Shown here: in pieces, positions 29,614 through 41,819 of the stretch
Position numbering within the stretch: the stretch's first letter is position 1
Layout of the letters: each line of letters begins with the position of its first letter
Notes under the pieces: generated by a model
What the model saw: the letters and a program-made list of their open reading frames with translations, nothing else
Databases searched by the model: none
What the model was told of the DNA's origin: nothing
Assembly (NCBI GenBank): GCA_028823885.1
Contig: JAPPFK010000140.1
Location: 394 to 64,393 of the forward strand
Direction of reading: 5' to 3'
From: Rhodospirillales bacterium
GTDB lineage: Bacteria > Pseudomonadota > Alphaproteobacteria > Rhodospirillales > UBA2165
Length of the DNA: 64,000 nucleotides
Made by a program: the position numbers and the translations under genes

Positions 29614-30768
29614 TTGCCGAACCCACGTCACATCGCCGCGCTGATCGTCTCTGCCGGGCGCGGGCATCGTTTCGGCGGCGAGACGCCCAAGCAATATCTG
29701 CCGTTGGGGCCGAAATCCGTGTTGGCGCGCAGCATCGAGGCGTTCCTGGGGCATCCGTCGGTAACCCAGGTTCGCGCCGTCATCCACCCGGACGATGCAG
29801 AGCTGTACGAGGCCGCGCTGAACCGGATCGACGTTCCGCCGCCGATCTTCGGCGGACCCGAGCGGCAGGATTCGGTGCGTCTCGGTCTGCAGGAACTCGC
29901 CGAGGCGCGGCCTGACGTGGTCTTGATTCACGACGCCGTCCGGCCCTTGGTGCCGGCCGGACTGATCGATCGCGTCGTTGCCGCGGTCGGGCCCGGCGTT
30001 GCGGCACTGCCGGCCTTGCCTGTGACCGACACGTTGAAACGCGCCGTCGACGGGACCGTTACCGGGACCGTCGACCGATCCGCGTTGTGGCGCGCACAGA
30101 CGCCGCAAGGCTTTGTGTTCCAGGAGATTTTGTCCGCTCACGAAGCGGCTGCCGGTAATGCGCTGACCGATGATGCCGCCGTGGCCGAGGCAGCCGGATT
30201 GCGGGTCGAAATGGTTGAAGGGGCCGAGGAAAACCTCAAAATCACCACGCAGGAGGATCTGGAGAGAGTTCGCAGCATGATTGGCGCGGAACCAGCCACC
30301 CGGGTCGGAACCGGGTACGATGTGCACCGGTTCACCCAAGGGGACCGGGTGATCCTTTGCGGCATCGAAATCCCGCACAGCGCGGCATTGGAGGGTCATT
30401 CCGATGCGGATGTCGGGTTGCATGCCTTGACCGATGCGCTTCTGGGCGCCGCCGGATTTGGCGATATCGGCACGTTCTTTCCGCCGTCGGATGAACGGTG
30501 GCGCGACGCGCCTTCTCACATTTTCCTCTCTCACGCGGCCGGCATGATCGCCGAGCGGGGCGGATCGGTGGTAAATGCCGACATCACGATCGTTTGCGAG
30601 AAACCGAGGATCGGTCCCTACCGCGAGCAAATGCGCGCACGGGTGGCCGAAATTCTGAACGTCGACGAGAGCGCCGTGAACATCAAGGGGACGACAACCG
30701 AGCGGCTCGGGTTTGCCGGGCGCGAAGAGGGCATAGCGGCCCAAGCAGTGGCCACGATTAAATTGTGA
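29614..30768 (+). CDS. ispDF: Bifunctional IspD/IspF
   Basis: TTG start; AGRGHRFGG..PKQY, HDAVRP, AQTPQGF; IspF domain GYDVHRF, HSDADV, IKGTTTE. Confidence 0.96.
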   Translation: MPNPRHIAALIVSAGRGHRFGGETPKQYLPLGPKSVLARSIEAFLGHPSVTQVRAVIHPDDAELYEAALNRIDVPPPIFGGPERQDSVRLGLQELAEARPDVVLIHDAVRPLVPAGLIDRVVAAVGPGVAALPALPVTDTLKRAVDGTVTGTVDRSALWRAQTPQGFVFQEILSAHEAAAGNALTDDAAVAEAAGLRVEMVEGAEENLKITTQEDLERVRSMIGAEPATRVGTGYDVHRFTQGDRVILCGIEIPHSAALEGHSDADVGLHALTDALLGAAGFGDIGTFFPPSDERWRDAPSHIFLSHAAGMIAERGGSVVNADITIVCEKPRIGPYREQMRARVAEILNVDESAVNIKGTTTERLGFAGREEGIAAQAVATIKL

Positions 30769-30780
30769 TAAATCAAATAA

Positions 30781-31095
30781 TTACGATGTTTCTTCGACAA
30801 TCCAGTTAAGAAATTTCCCGGCCCCCCGCCCGATGCCGATCTCGATGGCGCAAGGCGTGTCGTAGGAATGAAGCTGCCCGATCCTCGCGATCACGTCGCC
30901 GACCCGTTCGCTCCGTGTCTTGACGATCATTGCCACCTCCGGTTCCCGTTGAACCGCGCCCTCCCATCGGTAGATGGATGTCATTTCACCCAGAATATTG
31001 GCGCACGCCGCCAAACGCTCCTTGACCAGGGCAGTTCCGATCTTCTCCGCTTCATCGCGGCTGGCGGCGGTCATATAGATCAGCGAAACAGTCAT
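30781..31095 (-). CDS. cutA: Divalent-cation tolerance protein CutA
   Basis: LVKERLAACAN, SIYRWEG and HSYDTPC motifs. Confidence 0.93.
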   Translation of the reverse strand: MTVSLIYMTAASRDEAEKIGTALVKERLAACANILGEMTSIYRWEGAVQREPEVAMIVKTRSERVGDVIARIGQLHSYDTPCAIEIGIGRGAGKFLNWIVEETS

Positions 31096-31149
31096 TTCCG
31101 GGCCCTCCTTGGAACCGAGGTTAATCTAATCTAGGATGGGCCGTTCGTC

Positions 31150-31443
31150 ATGGCTCAGGGAGGAACCGCCATGGAACTCCATGCCCGAAACGGGCGTGAA
31201 CAAACGGTCTCCGCGTCCGGCGTGCGGCCGAGCGCGGCGCAGCGCCGCTGGCTTGAACGCGGGCTCGATCAGGCGGGGGGCAAGCTGCCGCTGTTCGATT
31301 CCGAGGGACAGAAGGTTTCCCGGCGGACGGTGGAAAGCTGCATCAAGCAGGGCTGGGCCGAATCGTGGTTCGACAATCCGCTCAAAAAGGATTGGATGGT
31401 CTGTAAACTGACCGAACAGGGCCGCCGGGCCGTGCGCCGCTGA
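31150..31443 (+). CDS. Small hypothetical protein (winged-helix-like C-terminus)
   Basis: Compact ORF ending 7 bp before queF; GGKLPLFD...CIKQGWAE...CKLTEQGR. Start could be 31171. Confidence 0.7.
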   Translation: MAQGGTAMELHARNGREQTVSASGVRPSAAQRRWLERGLDQAGGKLPLFDSEGQKVSRRTVESCIKQGWAESWFDNPLKKDWMVCKLTEQGRRAVRR

Positions 31444-31450
31444 CCACTGA

Positions 31451-31915
31451 ATGTCAGGGGAAGAATATACCGGGCTCGACCAGCTGGGCCGCCATGCGGC
31501 GCTGCCCGAATCGCCCGAGGCGGCGGTGTTGGAAAAAGTTCCCAACCCCCATCCGGGGGACGCCTACGTCGTCCGCTTCACCTGCCCCGAATTCACGTCC
31601 GTCTGTCCGGTGACGGGCCAGCCCGATTTCGCGCACCTGGTGATCGATTACGTGCCCGGGCCGTCACTGGTGGAAAGCAAGTCGCTGAAGCTCTACCTGG
31701 GCTCGTTCCGCAATCACGCCGCCTTCCACGAGGATTGCACCGTCGGCATCGCCAAGCGGCTGCAGGCCGAAATCGAACCGCGATGGCTGCGTATCGGCGG
31801 CTATTGGTATCCCCGGGGCGGAATGCCGATCGACGTGTTTTATCAACTGGGCGAACTGCCCGGGGACGTTTGGCTGCCGGACCAGGGGGTCGCGCCCTAT
31901 CGGGGACGCGGCTAA
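31451..31915 (+). CDS. queF: PreQ0 reductase (preQ1 synthase)
   Basis: [28 protein letters not shown] and PRGG motifs. Confidence 0.97.
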   Translation: MSGEEYTGLDQLGRHAALPESPEAAVLEKVPNPHPGDAYVVRFTCPEFTSVCPVTGQPDFAHLVIDYVPGPSLVESKSLKLYLGSFRNHAAFHEDCTVGIAKRLQAEIEPRWLRIGGYWYPRGGMPIDVFYQLGELPGDVWLPDQGVAPYRGRG

Positions 31916-31926
31916 TTCGGCGAAGC

Positions 31927-32262
31927 TCAGGCGTCGAGGATGATCTCGCCGTGGCGCAGACTTACCGAAAGCTTGACCAGGCTTTGACCTTCGGCCGGGC
32001 CGCCGACACAGCGGCCATCGTCGATGGCGAACAAGGCGCCATGTTTGCCGCAACGGATCAGCGTATTGGTGCCGTTGAAAAATTGCCCGGGGATCTGGTC
32101 GATGAAGTCCTGGGCGTGCGGGCACCAGTTCAAATAGGCGAATACCTCGCCGTCCTTGTGGACGACGAAGATGTTTCGTTGTTTGCCGTCGACGCGGGCG
32201 ACCAGGGCCTTCGCGGCACCGTCTGCCAGTTCGTCCAGCCGCATCAGCGTTTGTTCAGCCAT
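31927..32262 (-). CDS. Stand-alone Rieske [2Fe-2S] protein
   Basis: NWCPH and IRCGKHGALF Rieske boxes; probable start MAEQTL at 32262. Confidence 0.88.
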   Translation of the reverse strand: MAEQTLMRLDELADGAAKALVARVDGKQRNIFVVHKDGEVFAYLNWCPHAQDFIDQIPGQFFNGTNTLIRCGKHGALFAIDDGRCVGGPAEGQSLVKLSVSLRHGEIILDA

Positions 32263-32409
32263 CGGGCGTTTCCGGACTGTGATTTTGATTCCGGCAACCG
32301 TTTGCCGTTCCACCGGTCAAATTGCAACCGAAATCAGCGATGGAAACCGCGGCGGCCCCGGCCCGCAAATGAACTCGGGGCCCCGCCGCCGGCGAGGCCC
32401 CGTCAATGT

Positions 32410-32486
32410 TGGTCGGGGAGACAGGATTTGAACCTGCGACCTTTCGACCCCCAGTCGAATGCGCTACCAGGCTGCGCCACTCCCCG
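32410..32486 (-). tRNA. tRNA-Pro(GGG)
   Basis: 77 nt: CGGGGAG acceptor stem, TGGCGCAGCCTGGTAGCGC D-arm, TTCGA-CTGGGGG-TCGAA anticodon arm, GGTTCAAATCC T-arm, encoded CCA. Confidence 0.96.
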
Positions 32487-32509
32487 ACAGGTCCCTTGAA
32501 GGGGCGCGA

Positions 32510-32538
32510 ACTATACTCAGCGGCCCGCCCAAGGGCAA
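32510..32538 (-). promoter_or_regulatory. Candidate sigma70 promoter of tRNA-Pro
   Basis: TTGCCC-17 bp-TATAGT on the minus strand, 23 bp before the tRNA 5' end. Confidence 0.6.
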
Positions 32539-32553
32539 TGCGCCGGTGCCGAA

Positions 32554-32949
32554 TTAAACGAGTTTCCTGATGTCCTCGAGTTCGGCGAGGATTTGCCGCA
32601 ACGCCGCTTTTTCGCTATCGCCGAGGCCGCCGTCGGCAACCCGTGGCGACGCCTTTTCGGCTCCATCGGCGCCCCGGCCCGATTCCTGTTTCAGCAGTTT
32701 CTGCACACCCTTGATGGTGTAGCCGTCGTCATAGAGCAGTCCGCGGATACGCCTCAGAAGATCGATATCCTCGGGCCGGTAATAGCGTCTGCCCCCGCCC
32801 CGCTTCAGCGGTCTGATCTGCGAAAATTTGCCTTCCCAGAATCGGAGAACGTGTTGCGGCAAATCGAGCTCGGCCGCCACCTCGCTGATGGTCCGGAACG
32901 CACTTGCGGATTTGTTGGACCGCCGCGCGGGCGGTGCTTCTGCCGACAA
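32554..32949 (-). CDS. MerR-like HTH protein (ihfA-linked; probable ZapT-type)
   Basis: [22 protein letters not shown]...GGRRYYR...GYTIKGVQ; conserved ihfA-merR-tRNAPro order. Confidence 0.88.
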   Translation of the reverse strand: MSAEAPPARRSNKSASAFRTISEVAAELDLPQHVLRFWEGKFSQIRPLKRGGGRRYYRPEDIDLLRRIRGLLYDDGYTIKGVQKLLKQESGRGADGAEKASPRVADGGLGDSEKAALRQILAELEDIRKLV

Positions 32950-32960
32950 TGGTTCGGCCC

Positions 32961-33272
32961 TTAATCGAGTGGGTCAGGTCCGGCGCCGCCGATGCGAGCC
33001 TTCAACACCTGGGACGGACGGAAAACAAGCACCCGGCGCGGCAGGATCGGGACCTCCTCACCGGTTTTTGGGTTGCGGCCAATGCGCTGACCCTTGTTGC
33101 GGATCGTGAAGCTGCCGAACGACGAAATCTTCACCGAATCGCCATTGGCAAGAGTTTCTGAAATTTTCGCTAGAACCAATTCGAGAAGATCCGCCGATTC
33201 GTTCCGCGACAGACCGACTTCTTGGTAGACCGCCTCGCTCAATTGCTGACGGGTAATCGTCTCTCCAGCCAT
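32961..33272 (-). CDS. ihfA: Integration host factor alpha
   Basis: [21 protein letters not shown] and RRVLVFRPS motifs. Confidence 0.97.
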   Translation of the reverse strand: MAGETITRQQLSEAVYQEVGLSRNESADLLELVLAKISETLANGDSVKISSFGSFTIRNKGQRIGRNPKTGEEVPILPRRVLVFRPSQVLKARIGGAGPDPLD

Positions 33273-33302
33273 CAGGCCATCCTTTGCCCATCCCCTGTAG
33301 GA

Positions 33303-33331
33303 AACCTAAACCGGCCCGATTATGCCGTCAA
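33303..33331 (-). promoter_or_regulatory. Candidate sigma70 promoter for ihfA
   Basis: TTGACG-17 bp-TAGGTT on the minus strand, 30 bp above the ATG. Confidence 0.5.
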
Positions 33332-33388
33332 TATCAGAGGGATGGCAGAAACGGATAATGGGTGAAACAAGCGACGGCTGTCGCTATT

Positions 33389-34366
33389 TTACCATCGAAC
33401 CAGGGCCGCTCCCCAGGTCAACCCGCCGCCCATCGCTTCCATCAGGATGAGATCGCCCTCCTTGATCCGGCCATCGCGGCGGGCGGCGTCGAGCGCCAAG
33501 GGGATGGAGGCCGCCGAGGTATTGGCGTGATCCTGCACCGTCAGCACTATCTTGTCGGTTTCCATGCCCAATTTCCTCGCGGTCGAATCGATGATCCGCT
33601 TGTTGGCCTGATGGGGTACGAGCCAATCGATTGCCGACGAGTCCAGCCCGTTCTCGTCCAACGCCTCGGTCACGACGTTCGCCAGATTGGTCACTGCGTG
33701 CTTGAAGACTTCCTTCCCCTGCATGCGGATGAAGCCGGACTGACCGGTGGTCGATGGGCCGCCGTCGCAATAAAGCAGCTCCGCCAGGCGCCCGTCGGAG
33801 TGGAGATGGGTAGACAGAAGGCCGCTTTCCGTGCCGAGACCGTTCTCCAGCTCCACACCTTTCATCACCACCGCACCGGCGCCGTCGCCGAACAGCACAC
33901 AGGTCGCCCGGTCATCCCAGTCGAGCAGGCGGGAGAGCGTGTCCGCACCGATCACCAGGGCGGTTTTGGATTGGCCCGATTTGATGAGTCCGTCGGCCAC
34001 GGACATGCCGTAAATGAACCCGGAGCACACGGCCTGGACATCGAACGCGGCGCCGCCGTTCAGGTCGAGTTTGGCCTGTACCTGGACCGCGGTCGCGGGA
34101 AAGGTCCGGTCGGGAGTAGTGGTCCCGACGATTATCAAATCCACCTCGGAGGCATCCACGCCCGCGTCGTCCAGGGCCCGCCTGGCCGCCTCGTAGGCCA
34201 TATCCGAGGTGTGTTCGTTTTCCGCCGCAACGCGGCGCTGGCGGATACCGGTCCGGGCGGCGATCCACTCATCGGAGGTGTCGACCCGTTCGGACAACTC
34301 GTCATTGGTGACGATTTTTTGCGGAAGATATGAGCCGCTGCCCACCAATCGTGAATGAATACTCAT
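33389..34366 (-). CDS. fabH: 3-oxoacyl-ACP synthase III
   Basis: AVCSGF, FGDGAGA, PHQAN and [10 protein letters not shown] motifs. Confidence 0.96.
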   Translation of the reverse strand: MSIHSRLVGSGSYLPQKIVTNDELSERVDTSDEWIAARTGIRQRRVAAENEHTSDMAYEAARRALDDAGVDASEVDLIIVGTTTPDRTFPATAVQVQAKLDLNGGAAFDVQAVCSGFIYGMSVADGLIKSGQSKTALVIGADTLSRLLDWDDRATCVLFGDGAGAVVMKGVELENGLGTESGLLSTHLHSDGRLAELLYCDGGPSTTGQSGFIRMQGKEVFKHAVTNLANVVTEALDENGLDSSAIDWLVPHQANKRIIDSTARKLGMETDKIVLTVQDHANTSAASIPLALDAARRDGRIKEGDLILMEAMGGGLTWGAALVRW

Positions 34367-35412
34367 TGGACCGCCGCCTCCTCCATGGTTGCTTCCGCTG
34401 CGATCAATTCTTCCAGATCCTCGCGTATGCGCTCGTTGAATTCCCGGCGCACCAAATTGACGGCCGCGACAACGGCATTGGCGAACCCTACACCATCAGT
34501 GCCGCCGTGGCTCTTTATACAGATTCCGTTCAGGCCCACCAACATGGCACCGTTATACTGCCGGGGATCAAACCGGTCCCGCATTGTTTGGAGGGCGGGC
34601 CGCGCGATCAAGGCGCCGAGCCGCGTGCGGAACGAACTCAGAAGCGATTCCTTCAGGTAGTGACCGAACAGCTGGACAGCCCCTTCGGCCGTTTTGAGCG
34701 CGATGTTTCCCGTGAAACCGTCGGTTACGATGACGTCCACCGTGCCGGCGCTCAGATCGTCGCCTTCCACGAAGCCGTGAAATTTTATCGGTAGCGGTGA
34801 GGCGGCCAGGATCGCCGAAGCTTTCTTGACGTGCTCATTGCCTTTGAGTCCCTCGACTCCGACGTTGAGAATGCCGATGGACGGCTGCTTGAGGCCCAGT
34901 TCGTTTCTGGCAAATACTTCACCCATGACCGCGAATTGAACGAGGTTGTCCGCGTCGCACTCGATATTTGCGCCGAGGTCGAGCATCACGGTCTGTCCGC
35001 GGAGTGTCGGAAATGCGGTCGCGATGGCCGGCCGCGCAATGCCGGGGAGCGTCCTCAGCACGATGGTCGCCATTGCCATCAGCGCGCCGGTATTTCCCGC
35101 GGAAACGACCGCATGCGCCTCACCCGCGTCGACCGCGTCGATCGCCAACCTCATGCTCGAGTTTTTTCCGGTCCGCAAGGCGGTGGTTGGTTTGTCGTCC
35201 ATACTGACCGCCTCCGACGTGTGGCGGATCGTGCAGGCGCGAGCCGTCTCGGCGTCCGCTTCGATGAGCGGCCTTAGCTGCGATTCATCGCCAAAGACGA
35301 GAAATTCTACGTCGGGCATCCGCCGGCGGGCCAGCGACAGGCCTTCGACGATCATGCCGGGAGCATTGTCCCCTCCCATGCCGTCGACAGCGACAATGAT
35401 GGCGTCAGGCAC
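34363..35412 (-). CDS. plsX: Phosphate acyltransferase PlsX
   Basis: GTG start; [26 protein letters not shown] and KSHG motifs. Confidence 0.96.
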   Translation of the reverse strand: MPDAIIVAVDGMGGDNAPGMIVEGLSLARRRMPDVEFLVFGDESQLRPLIEADAETARACTIRHTSEAVSMDDKPTTALRTGKNSSMRLAIDAVDAGEAHAVVSAGNTGALMAMATIVLRTLPGIARPAIATAFPTLRGQTVMLDLGANIECDADNLVQFAVMGEVFARNELGLKQPSIGILNVGVEGLKGNEHVKKASAILAASPLPIKFHGFVEGDDLSAGTVDVIVTDGFTGNIALKTAEGAVQLFGHYLKESLLSSFRTRLGALIARPALQTMRDRFDPRQYNGAMLVGLNGICIKSHGGTDGVGFANAVVAAVNLVRREFNERIREDLEELIAAEATMEEAAVQ

Positions 35413-35439
35413 GGAGGGCCTCCGGCGGCATGACCGGAG

Positions 35440-35625
35440 CTAAGCTACGGAATCGATATCGACGACTTCGCGTCCATCGTAGTAGCCGCAGGAAGGGCAC
35501 ACGTGATGCGGCCGCTTCAGTTCGCCGCAGTTGGGGCACTCGCCCCGCGCCTGGGAGGTCAGCCGATCGTGGGCGCGTCGCATGTTTCTGCGCGACCGGG
35601 ACACCTTCTTTTTCGGAACCGCCAT
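35440..35625 (-). CDS. rpmF: 50S ribosomal protein L32
   Basis: [19 protein letters not shown]; CxxC...CxxC zinc form. Confidence 0.97.
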   Translation of the reverse strand: MAVPKKKVSRSRRNMRRAHDRLTSQARGECPNCGELKRPHHVCPSCGYYDGREVVDIDSVA

Positions 35626-35755
35626 GGTTACGACTCTCGTGATGCAATTCTTGGATCAATTGATCTTTCCGATCAGGAGCGCGCTTCATATACAAATTCA
35701 CCGCCCGGGGCAAGCGGCATAATCCCCCATTCTAGCCGCAAAAACGGCTCCGGTG

Positions 35756-36313
35756 TCAGTTTTTGCGGTCGAGCATGTTTTTGAGCGCGGCAAACGGTTT
35801 GGCGGTGACGGACTCCGCCGGTTCGGCGCCCTCCGAAGAGGTATAGCCGTTGAACTCGGCGTCGGGCGCCCTGGGGAACGGGTTTATCTCCAGCCCCAGC
35901 CGCTCCGCGGCGACTTCGCCGATATCGATGATCCCGTCAATGATCGGCTCGTCGGGGTCGTCTTCGTCCCATCCCACGTCCAATTCCGCCTCTTCTTCAG
36001 TGCCAGCCTCGGTCGAAAAAGTGCAATGAAACCGGTGATTTATGGAGTCATGGACCGGTTCCAGGGTTACCACGCAGGGCTGTTCGACTTCGGCCTCGAT
36101 CCGGCCTTCCACGTGGACTTGCACGTTGCCGGCCACCGGCTTCAACACGAACTCGGCAGAAAATCGCACCAGCTCGTTCAGATCGAAGCGGCGGGCCAGC
36201 GCCGCCCGCTCGTCGCTGTCGGGTGCGATCCGAAACCGGTTGTCGCCGGCCTCCAACGACGTCACCTGGATAGGCCGCGAAAACTCGGTGACGGGCTTTC
36301 CTTCAGCCGTCAC
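35756..36313 (-). CDS. YceD/DUF177 family protein
   Basis: Probable GTG start at 36313; QPCVVTLEP, IDIGEVAAERLGLEINPFPR and KPFAALK motifs; upstream of rpmF. Confidence 0.88.
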   Translation of the reverse strand: MTAEGKPVTEFSRPIQVTSLEAGDNRFRIAPDSDERAALARRFDLNELVRFSAEFVLKPVAGNVQVHVEGRIEAEVEQPCVVTLEPVHDSINHRFHCTFSTEAGTEEEAELDVGWDEDDPDEPIIDGIIDIGEVAAERLGLEINPFPRAPDAEFNGYTSSEGAEPAESVTAKPFAALKNMLDRKN

Positions 36314-36860
36314 CGCTCGAATTCTCCGAATCGGCGGGCGAGAATGCCAGTGCGCCGGCATAAAGGTCGTCGAGCGGCCATTCCTCGGATCGGGAAATCT
36401 CGGCGAGCACGTACGCGGCCATCGCTTCGGCAAGAGCAGGCCGCACGTCCTCGCTGCGGTAAAGGTTTCTTTTCAACGCCGCGGCCATCCGCGCCTGGTC
36501 GCCGCGGGCCTCCTCGTAGGCCGCGATACGTCCGTAGAACAGGCTTGCAAGTTCCTTGACCTTTTTGCCGACACGCAGGTCGCCGACCCCCATCTCGCGA
36601 AGATTCCCGTCCATATCGGCGAACATGAGGTCGAACAGCATCTGGCCCAGCCGCGTGCCTTGCCTGGCTCCGGTGCGCAGGCGTCGGAGGACGATGAAGG
36701 CAAGCAGCGAAATCATGTCGAACCGTCCCTCAACGGTATCCGGAACGCCGTACTCGACGTAGAAAACCGGGTTGCGGGCATGGGCAACGATGACGCCGTA
36801 AAGCCCGTGGACGGCATCCTTCTCCTTGGCGCGCGTTGTGAAGAGGTCGAGAATTCCCAT
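36303..36860 (-). CDS. Ubiquinol-cytochrome c chaperone (Cbp3/UQCC1) family
   Basis: Start MGILDLF at 36860; YGVPDTVEGRF, LREMGVGDLRV and FYGR motifs. Confidence 0.9.
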   Translation of the reverse strand: MGILDLFTTRAKEKDAVHGLYGVIVAHARNPVFYVEYGVPDTVEGRFDMISLLAFIVLRRLRTGARQGTRLGQMLFDLMFADMDGNLREMGVGDLRVGKKVKELASLFYGRIAAYEEARGDQARMAAALKRNLYRSEDVRPALAEAMAAYVLAEISRSEEWPLDDLYAGALAFSPADSENSSGDG

Positions 36861-36982
36861 TGAATGTCTGGGGGCCTTTGGTTTACACGATATATGCGAG
36901 GATGTTCGCCTTCTTCTGGCGCGTCCGGGGATGTGGTCTTCCAAATACGCTTGTGGCAGGTGAATTGCCACACTTATTGAGA

Positions 36983-37477
36983 ATGGCTCTTGTGAAACAG
37001 AAATATTTTTCGGGCAAGCGGATGCTGATTGTGCTGACAGCCGCCGCCCTCCTCGCCGCGTGCGCCCCGCGGATCGACATCCGCGGCAACCTGCCGGACC
37101 CGGATTTGCTGGCGGAACTCGAAATCGGTGCTCTCAATAAACAGCAGGTCGAGGAGATGTTCGGGTCGCCCTCCAGCGTTTCCACCTTCGGCAGCGAGAA
37201 CTGGTACTACATCAGTGAACGGACCGAGACGACCGCCTTCTATGCGCCTGAAGTGGTCGACCGCAAAATCGTGGTGATCAGCTTCAATGACAAAGGGGTT
37301 GTCCGCGACTTCGCCTCGCTCGGCCTCGAGGACGGCCGGATCATCGAGCTGGTGGAACGCAAAACACCGACCGCCGGTCACGAGATCACCTTCCTGCAGC
37401 AGCTGTTTGGCAACCTCGGGCGATTCGAGAGCAGCGGCGATGCCCCGGGGGCGGCCCGTGTCCCCGGCGGCAAATAG
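36983..37477 (+). CDS. bamE: Outer-membrane assembly lipoprotein BamE (SmpA/OmlA)
   Basis: Lipobox LAAC; FGSPS, WYYIS and TFLQQLFGNLGR motifs. Start could be 37022. Confidence 0.92.
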   Translation: MALVKQKYFSGKRMLIVLTAAALLAACAPRIDIRGNLPDPDLLAELEIGALNKQQVEEMFGSPSSVSTFGSENWYYISERTETTAFYAPEVVDRKIVVISFNDKGVVRDFASLGLEDGRIIELVERKTPTAGHEITFLQQLFGNLGRFESSGDAPGAARVPGGK

Positions 37478-37504
37478 CCTGACGCCAAACGCTGGACGAT
37501 TTCG

Positions 37505-37541
37505 AAAAAAAAAGGCCGTGAGGCTGCCGCCCCACGGCCTT
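37505..37541 (-). terminator. Intrinsic terminator after hppA (convergent with bamE)
   Basis: 10-bp stem AAAGGCCGTG/CACGGCCTTT, with a 9-A run that reads as a U-tract on the minus strand. Confidence 0.75.
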
Positions 37542-37563
37542 TGGGTCGTTCGGCTGCGGCGGG

Positions 37564-39663
<2,100 letters not shown>

Positions 39664-39867
39664 GGTCGGGTCAACCTTTGTGTGATGCGTAACTCTTGGG
39701 ATTGGCTCGGGTCGGCGCGCCCGTCAAAATCGCGTCCTCCGAACGGGGCAGCCTGAAAAGCGGGGGGAAAATGCCAGAACCGCCCTCGGAAGGCAACAGC
39801 GGTCCGGAACGGATCAAGTTTGGCCGATCGAGCGCGAAATTGGGCCCTGCCGGACGGGCCGGTCAAG

Positions 39868-40851
39868 CTAGAAATGCCGAAATCCGGCGGACCCGATCCC
39901 GATGCTGTTGCCGGCATGATCGAGTACGCGAAGCTCGCTCCCGGGTTTGATGGCGCCGATCCGGGTTATTGGGAGCGCCAATCGTTCGGCGAGCGCGCCG
40001 ATTTCGCTCTCCGCCGCGGGTGGCGCGGAGAACAGGAGTTCGTAATCGTCACCGCCGGTGATCAGCCGGGCCGGCCATGCCGGATCATCCGCCGCCAGCC
40101 GGACCCCGGTTTCCGACAGCGGGACGGCCGGCAATTCGATTACGGCGCCGGTCGAGGATTGCTCGCATATATGGCCGAGGTCGGCGGCCAGGCCATCCGA
40201 AACGTCAATGGCGCCGGTGGCCAGCCCAAAGAGCGCGTTCCCGAGGGCGATGCGCGGCTCGGGCAGCCGATAGGCGGATATGGCGGCCGCTTCGAGCGAA
40301 TCGTCGCCGATCGACAGCTCACCCCGGAGTACCCGAAGTCCAAGGCCGGCATCGCCGATGGCGCCGGACACCCAGATGTCGTCACCGGCACGGGCGCCTC
40401 CCCGGGTCAGTTGCCTTCCCTCGCCGACTTCGCCGACGGCCGTAACGCTGAGGGTCGTTGCCCCCGGCGCGGCCACGGTGTCGCCGCCGATCAGCGTCAC
40501 GCCGAAGCGCTGCTGATCCTCGGCGAGGCCCGACGCGAAGGCCGCCAGCCAATTTTCATCCCGGTCCCGGCCCAGCGCCAGCGCCAGCGTGTAGGCGCGG
40601 GGAGCGGCTCCCATGGCGGCGAGATCGGAGAGATTGACCCGCAGGGCCTTCCTGGCGATTTGGTCCGGCGGGTCATCGGGGAGGAAGTGGACACCCTCGG
40701 CAATGGTGTCGGCCGTCACGACGAATGAATGCCCGTCCGCCGGTTTGATTACGGCGGCATCGTCACCCAGGCCCAAGGCGCCCGGTTCGCCGTCGGCCAG
40801 GGGCGCGAAATAGCGGCGGATAAGGTCGAACTCGTCCGGCCGGCCGTTCAT
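39868..40851 (-). CDS. thiL: Thiamine-monophosphate kinase
   Basis: Start MNGRPDEFDLI at 40851; GDDAA, NLSDLAAMGA, GGDT, DVSDGL and GGDDYEL motifs. Confidence 0.95.
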   Translation of the reverse strand: MNGRPDEFDLIRRYFAPLADGEPGALGLGDDAAVIKPADGHSFVVTADTIAEGVHFLPDDPPDQIARKALRVNLSDLAAMGAAPRAYTLALALGRDRDENWLAAFASGLAEDQQRFGVTLIGGDTVAAPGATTLSVTAVGEVGEGRQLTRGGARAGDDIWVSGAIGDAGLGLRVLRGELSIGDDSLEAAAISAYRLPEPRIALGNALFGLATGAIDVSDGLAADLGHICEQSSTGAVIELPAVPLSETGVRLAADDPAWPARLITGGDDYELLFSAPPAAESEIGALAERLALPITRIGAIKPGSELRVLDHAGNSIGIGSAGFRHF

Positions 40852-40852
40852 G

Positions 40853-41347
40853 TCACTTTGCGTCCATTTCGGCGCCCCGCAACACCCGCGCAAGCCGGTC
40901 GAGCACGCCGTTGACCAGCGCGGGTTCTCCCTCGCTGAAAAATGCGTGGGCCATGTTGAGGTATTCGTTGACCACGACCTTTGCGGGGACCTCCGGCATT
41001 TGGAAGAGCTCGAACGCCGCCGCGCGGAGGAGGTTGCGGAGCAAGATGTCGAGGCTGTCGGGCGTCCGCCCTCCGTCCAATGAACCGGCAATCATCTCGT
41101 CGAGTTTCGCCGCATCGCCCGAGACGCCGCGGACGATTTTCTTGAACTTCGGCTTGTCCGGTTGGGCGCTGGCGCCGGCTTCGGGGATTTCAATCCATCG
41201 ATTGCTCACCACGTCGAGGACCACGTCGTCGAGCCTGGCGTGCGAGATTTCCATCTCGTAAAGGGCCTGAACGGCGGCCAGACGGGCGGCCTGGGTTGCC
41301 CCGGTACCTTGTCCAGCCTTGTTGCGGGGGGGTGCGGATGCGGTCAT
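40853..41347 (-). CDS. nusB: Transcription antitermination factor NusB
   Basis: ARLAAVQALY, VVVNEY and LVNGVLD motifs; start MTASAPP at 41347 is inferred. Confidence 0.93.
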   Translation of the reverse strand: MTASAPPRNKAGQGTGATQAARLAAVQALYEMEISHARLDDVVLDVVSNRWIEIPEAGASAQPDKPKFKKIVRGVSGDAAKLDEMIAGSLDGGRTPDSLDILLRNLLRAAAFELFQMPEVPAKVVVNEYLNMAHAFFSEGEPALVNGVLDRLARVLRGAEMDAK

Positions 41348-41369
41348 CTGGCGGTCCAGCCTCTTGACC

Positions 41370-41819
41370 TTACGGGACGGCCGGCGGATGGGTGCGTTTG
41401 ATTTCGGCCATCCGGAGGCACGCGGCGGCCGCCCGGCCGCCGATATCCCGCTGGCCGGGATCGGCACGTTCCCACGCCTGGTCCCGGTTTTCGCAGGTCA
41501 GGATGCCGAACCCGTGGGCAACCCGTTCCAGCGTGCTGAAATCCATCAGCGCGCGGCTCACCTCCCGGCAGATGTGATCGTAGTGATCCGTCTCGCCCCG
41601 GATGACGCAGCCGAGAGAGAGAAATCCCAAATAATCCGGATCGGCGTCGTAGGCCATCTGCATGGCGGCGGGGATTTCGAATACCCCGGGAACGTCGATC
41701 CGTTCCGAGGCGATCCCGGCCTTGCCGAGTTCGGCCTCCGCGCCGGCGGTCAGCGCATCGGCAATATCGGCGTAGAAGCGCGCCTCGACGATCAGAACCC
41801 GGCCGGCCTCAGCTGCCAT
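41370..41819 (-). CDS. ribH: 6,7-dimethyl-8-ribityllumazine synthase
   Basis: VEARFY, VPGVFEIP, GCVIRGETDHY and GFGILT motifs. Confidence 0.95.
   Translation of the reverse strand: MAAEAGRVLIVEARFYADIADALTAGAEAELGKAGIASERIDVPGVFEIPAAMQMAYDADPDYLGFLSLGCVIRGETDHYDHICREVSRALMDFSTLERVAHGFGILTCENRDQAWERADPGQRDIGGRAAAACLRMAEIKRTHPPAVP

Noticed and set aside
32340-32486. Integrated element at tRNA-Pro
   Set aside because: No integrase and no duplicate of the tRNA 3' end is visible in the window.
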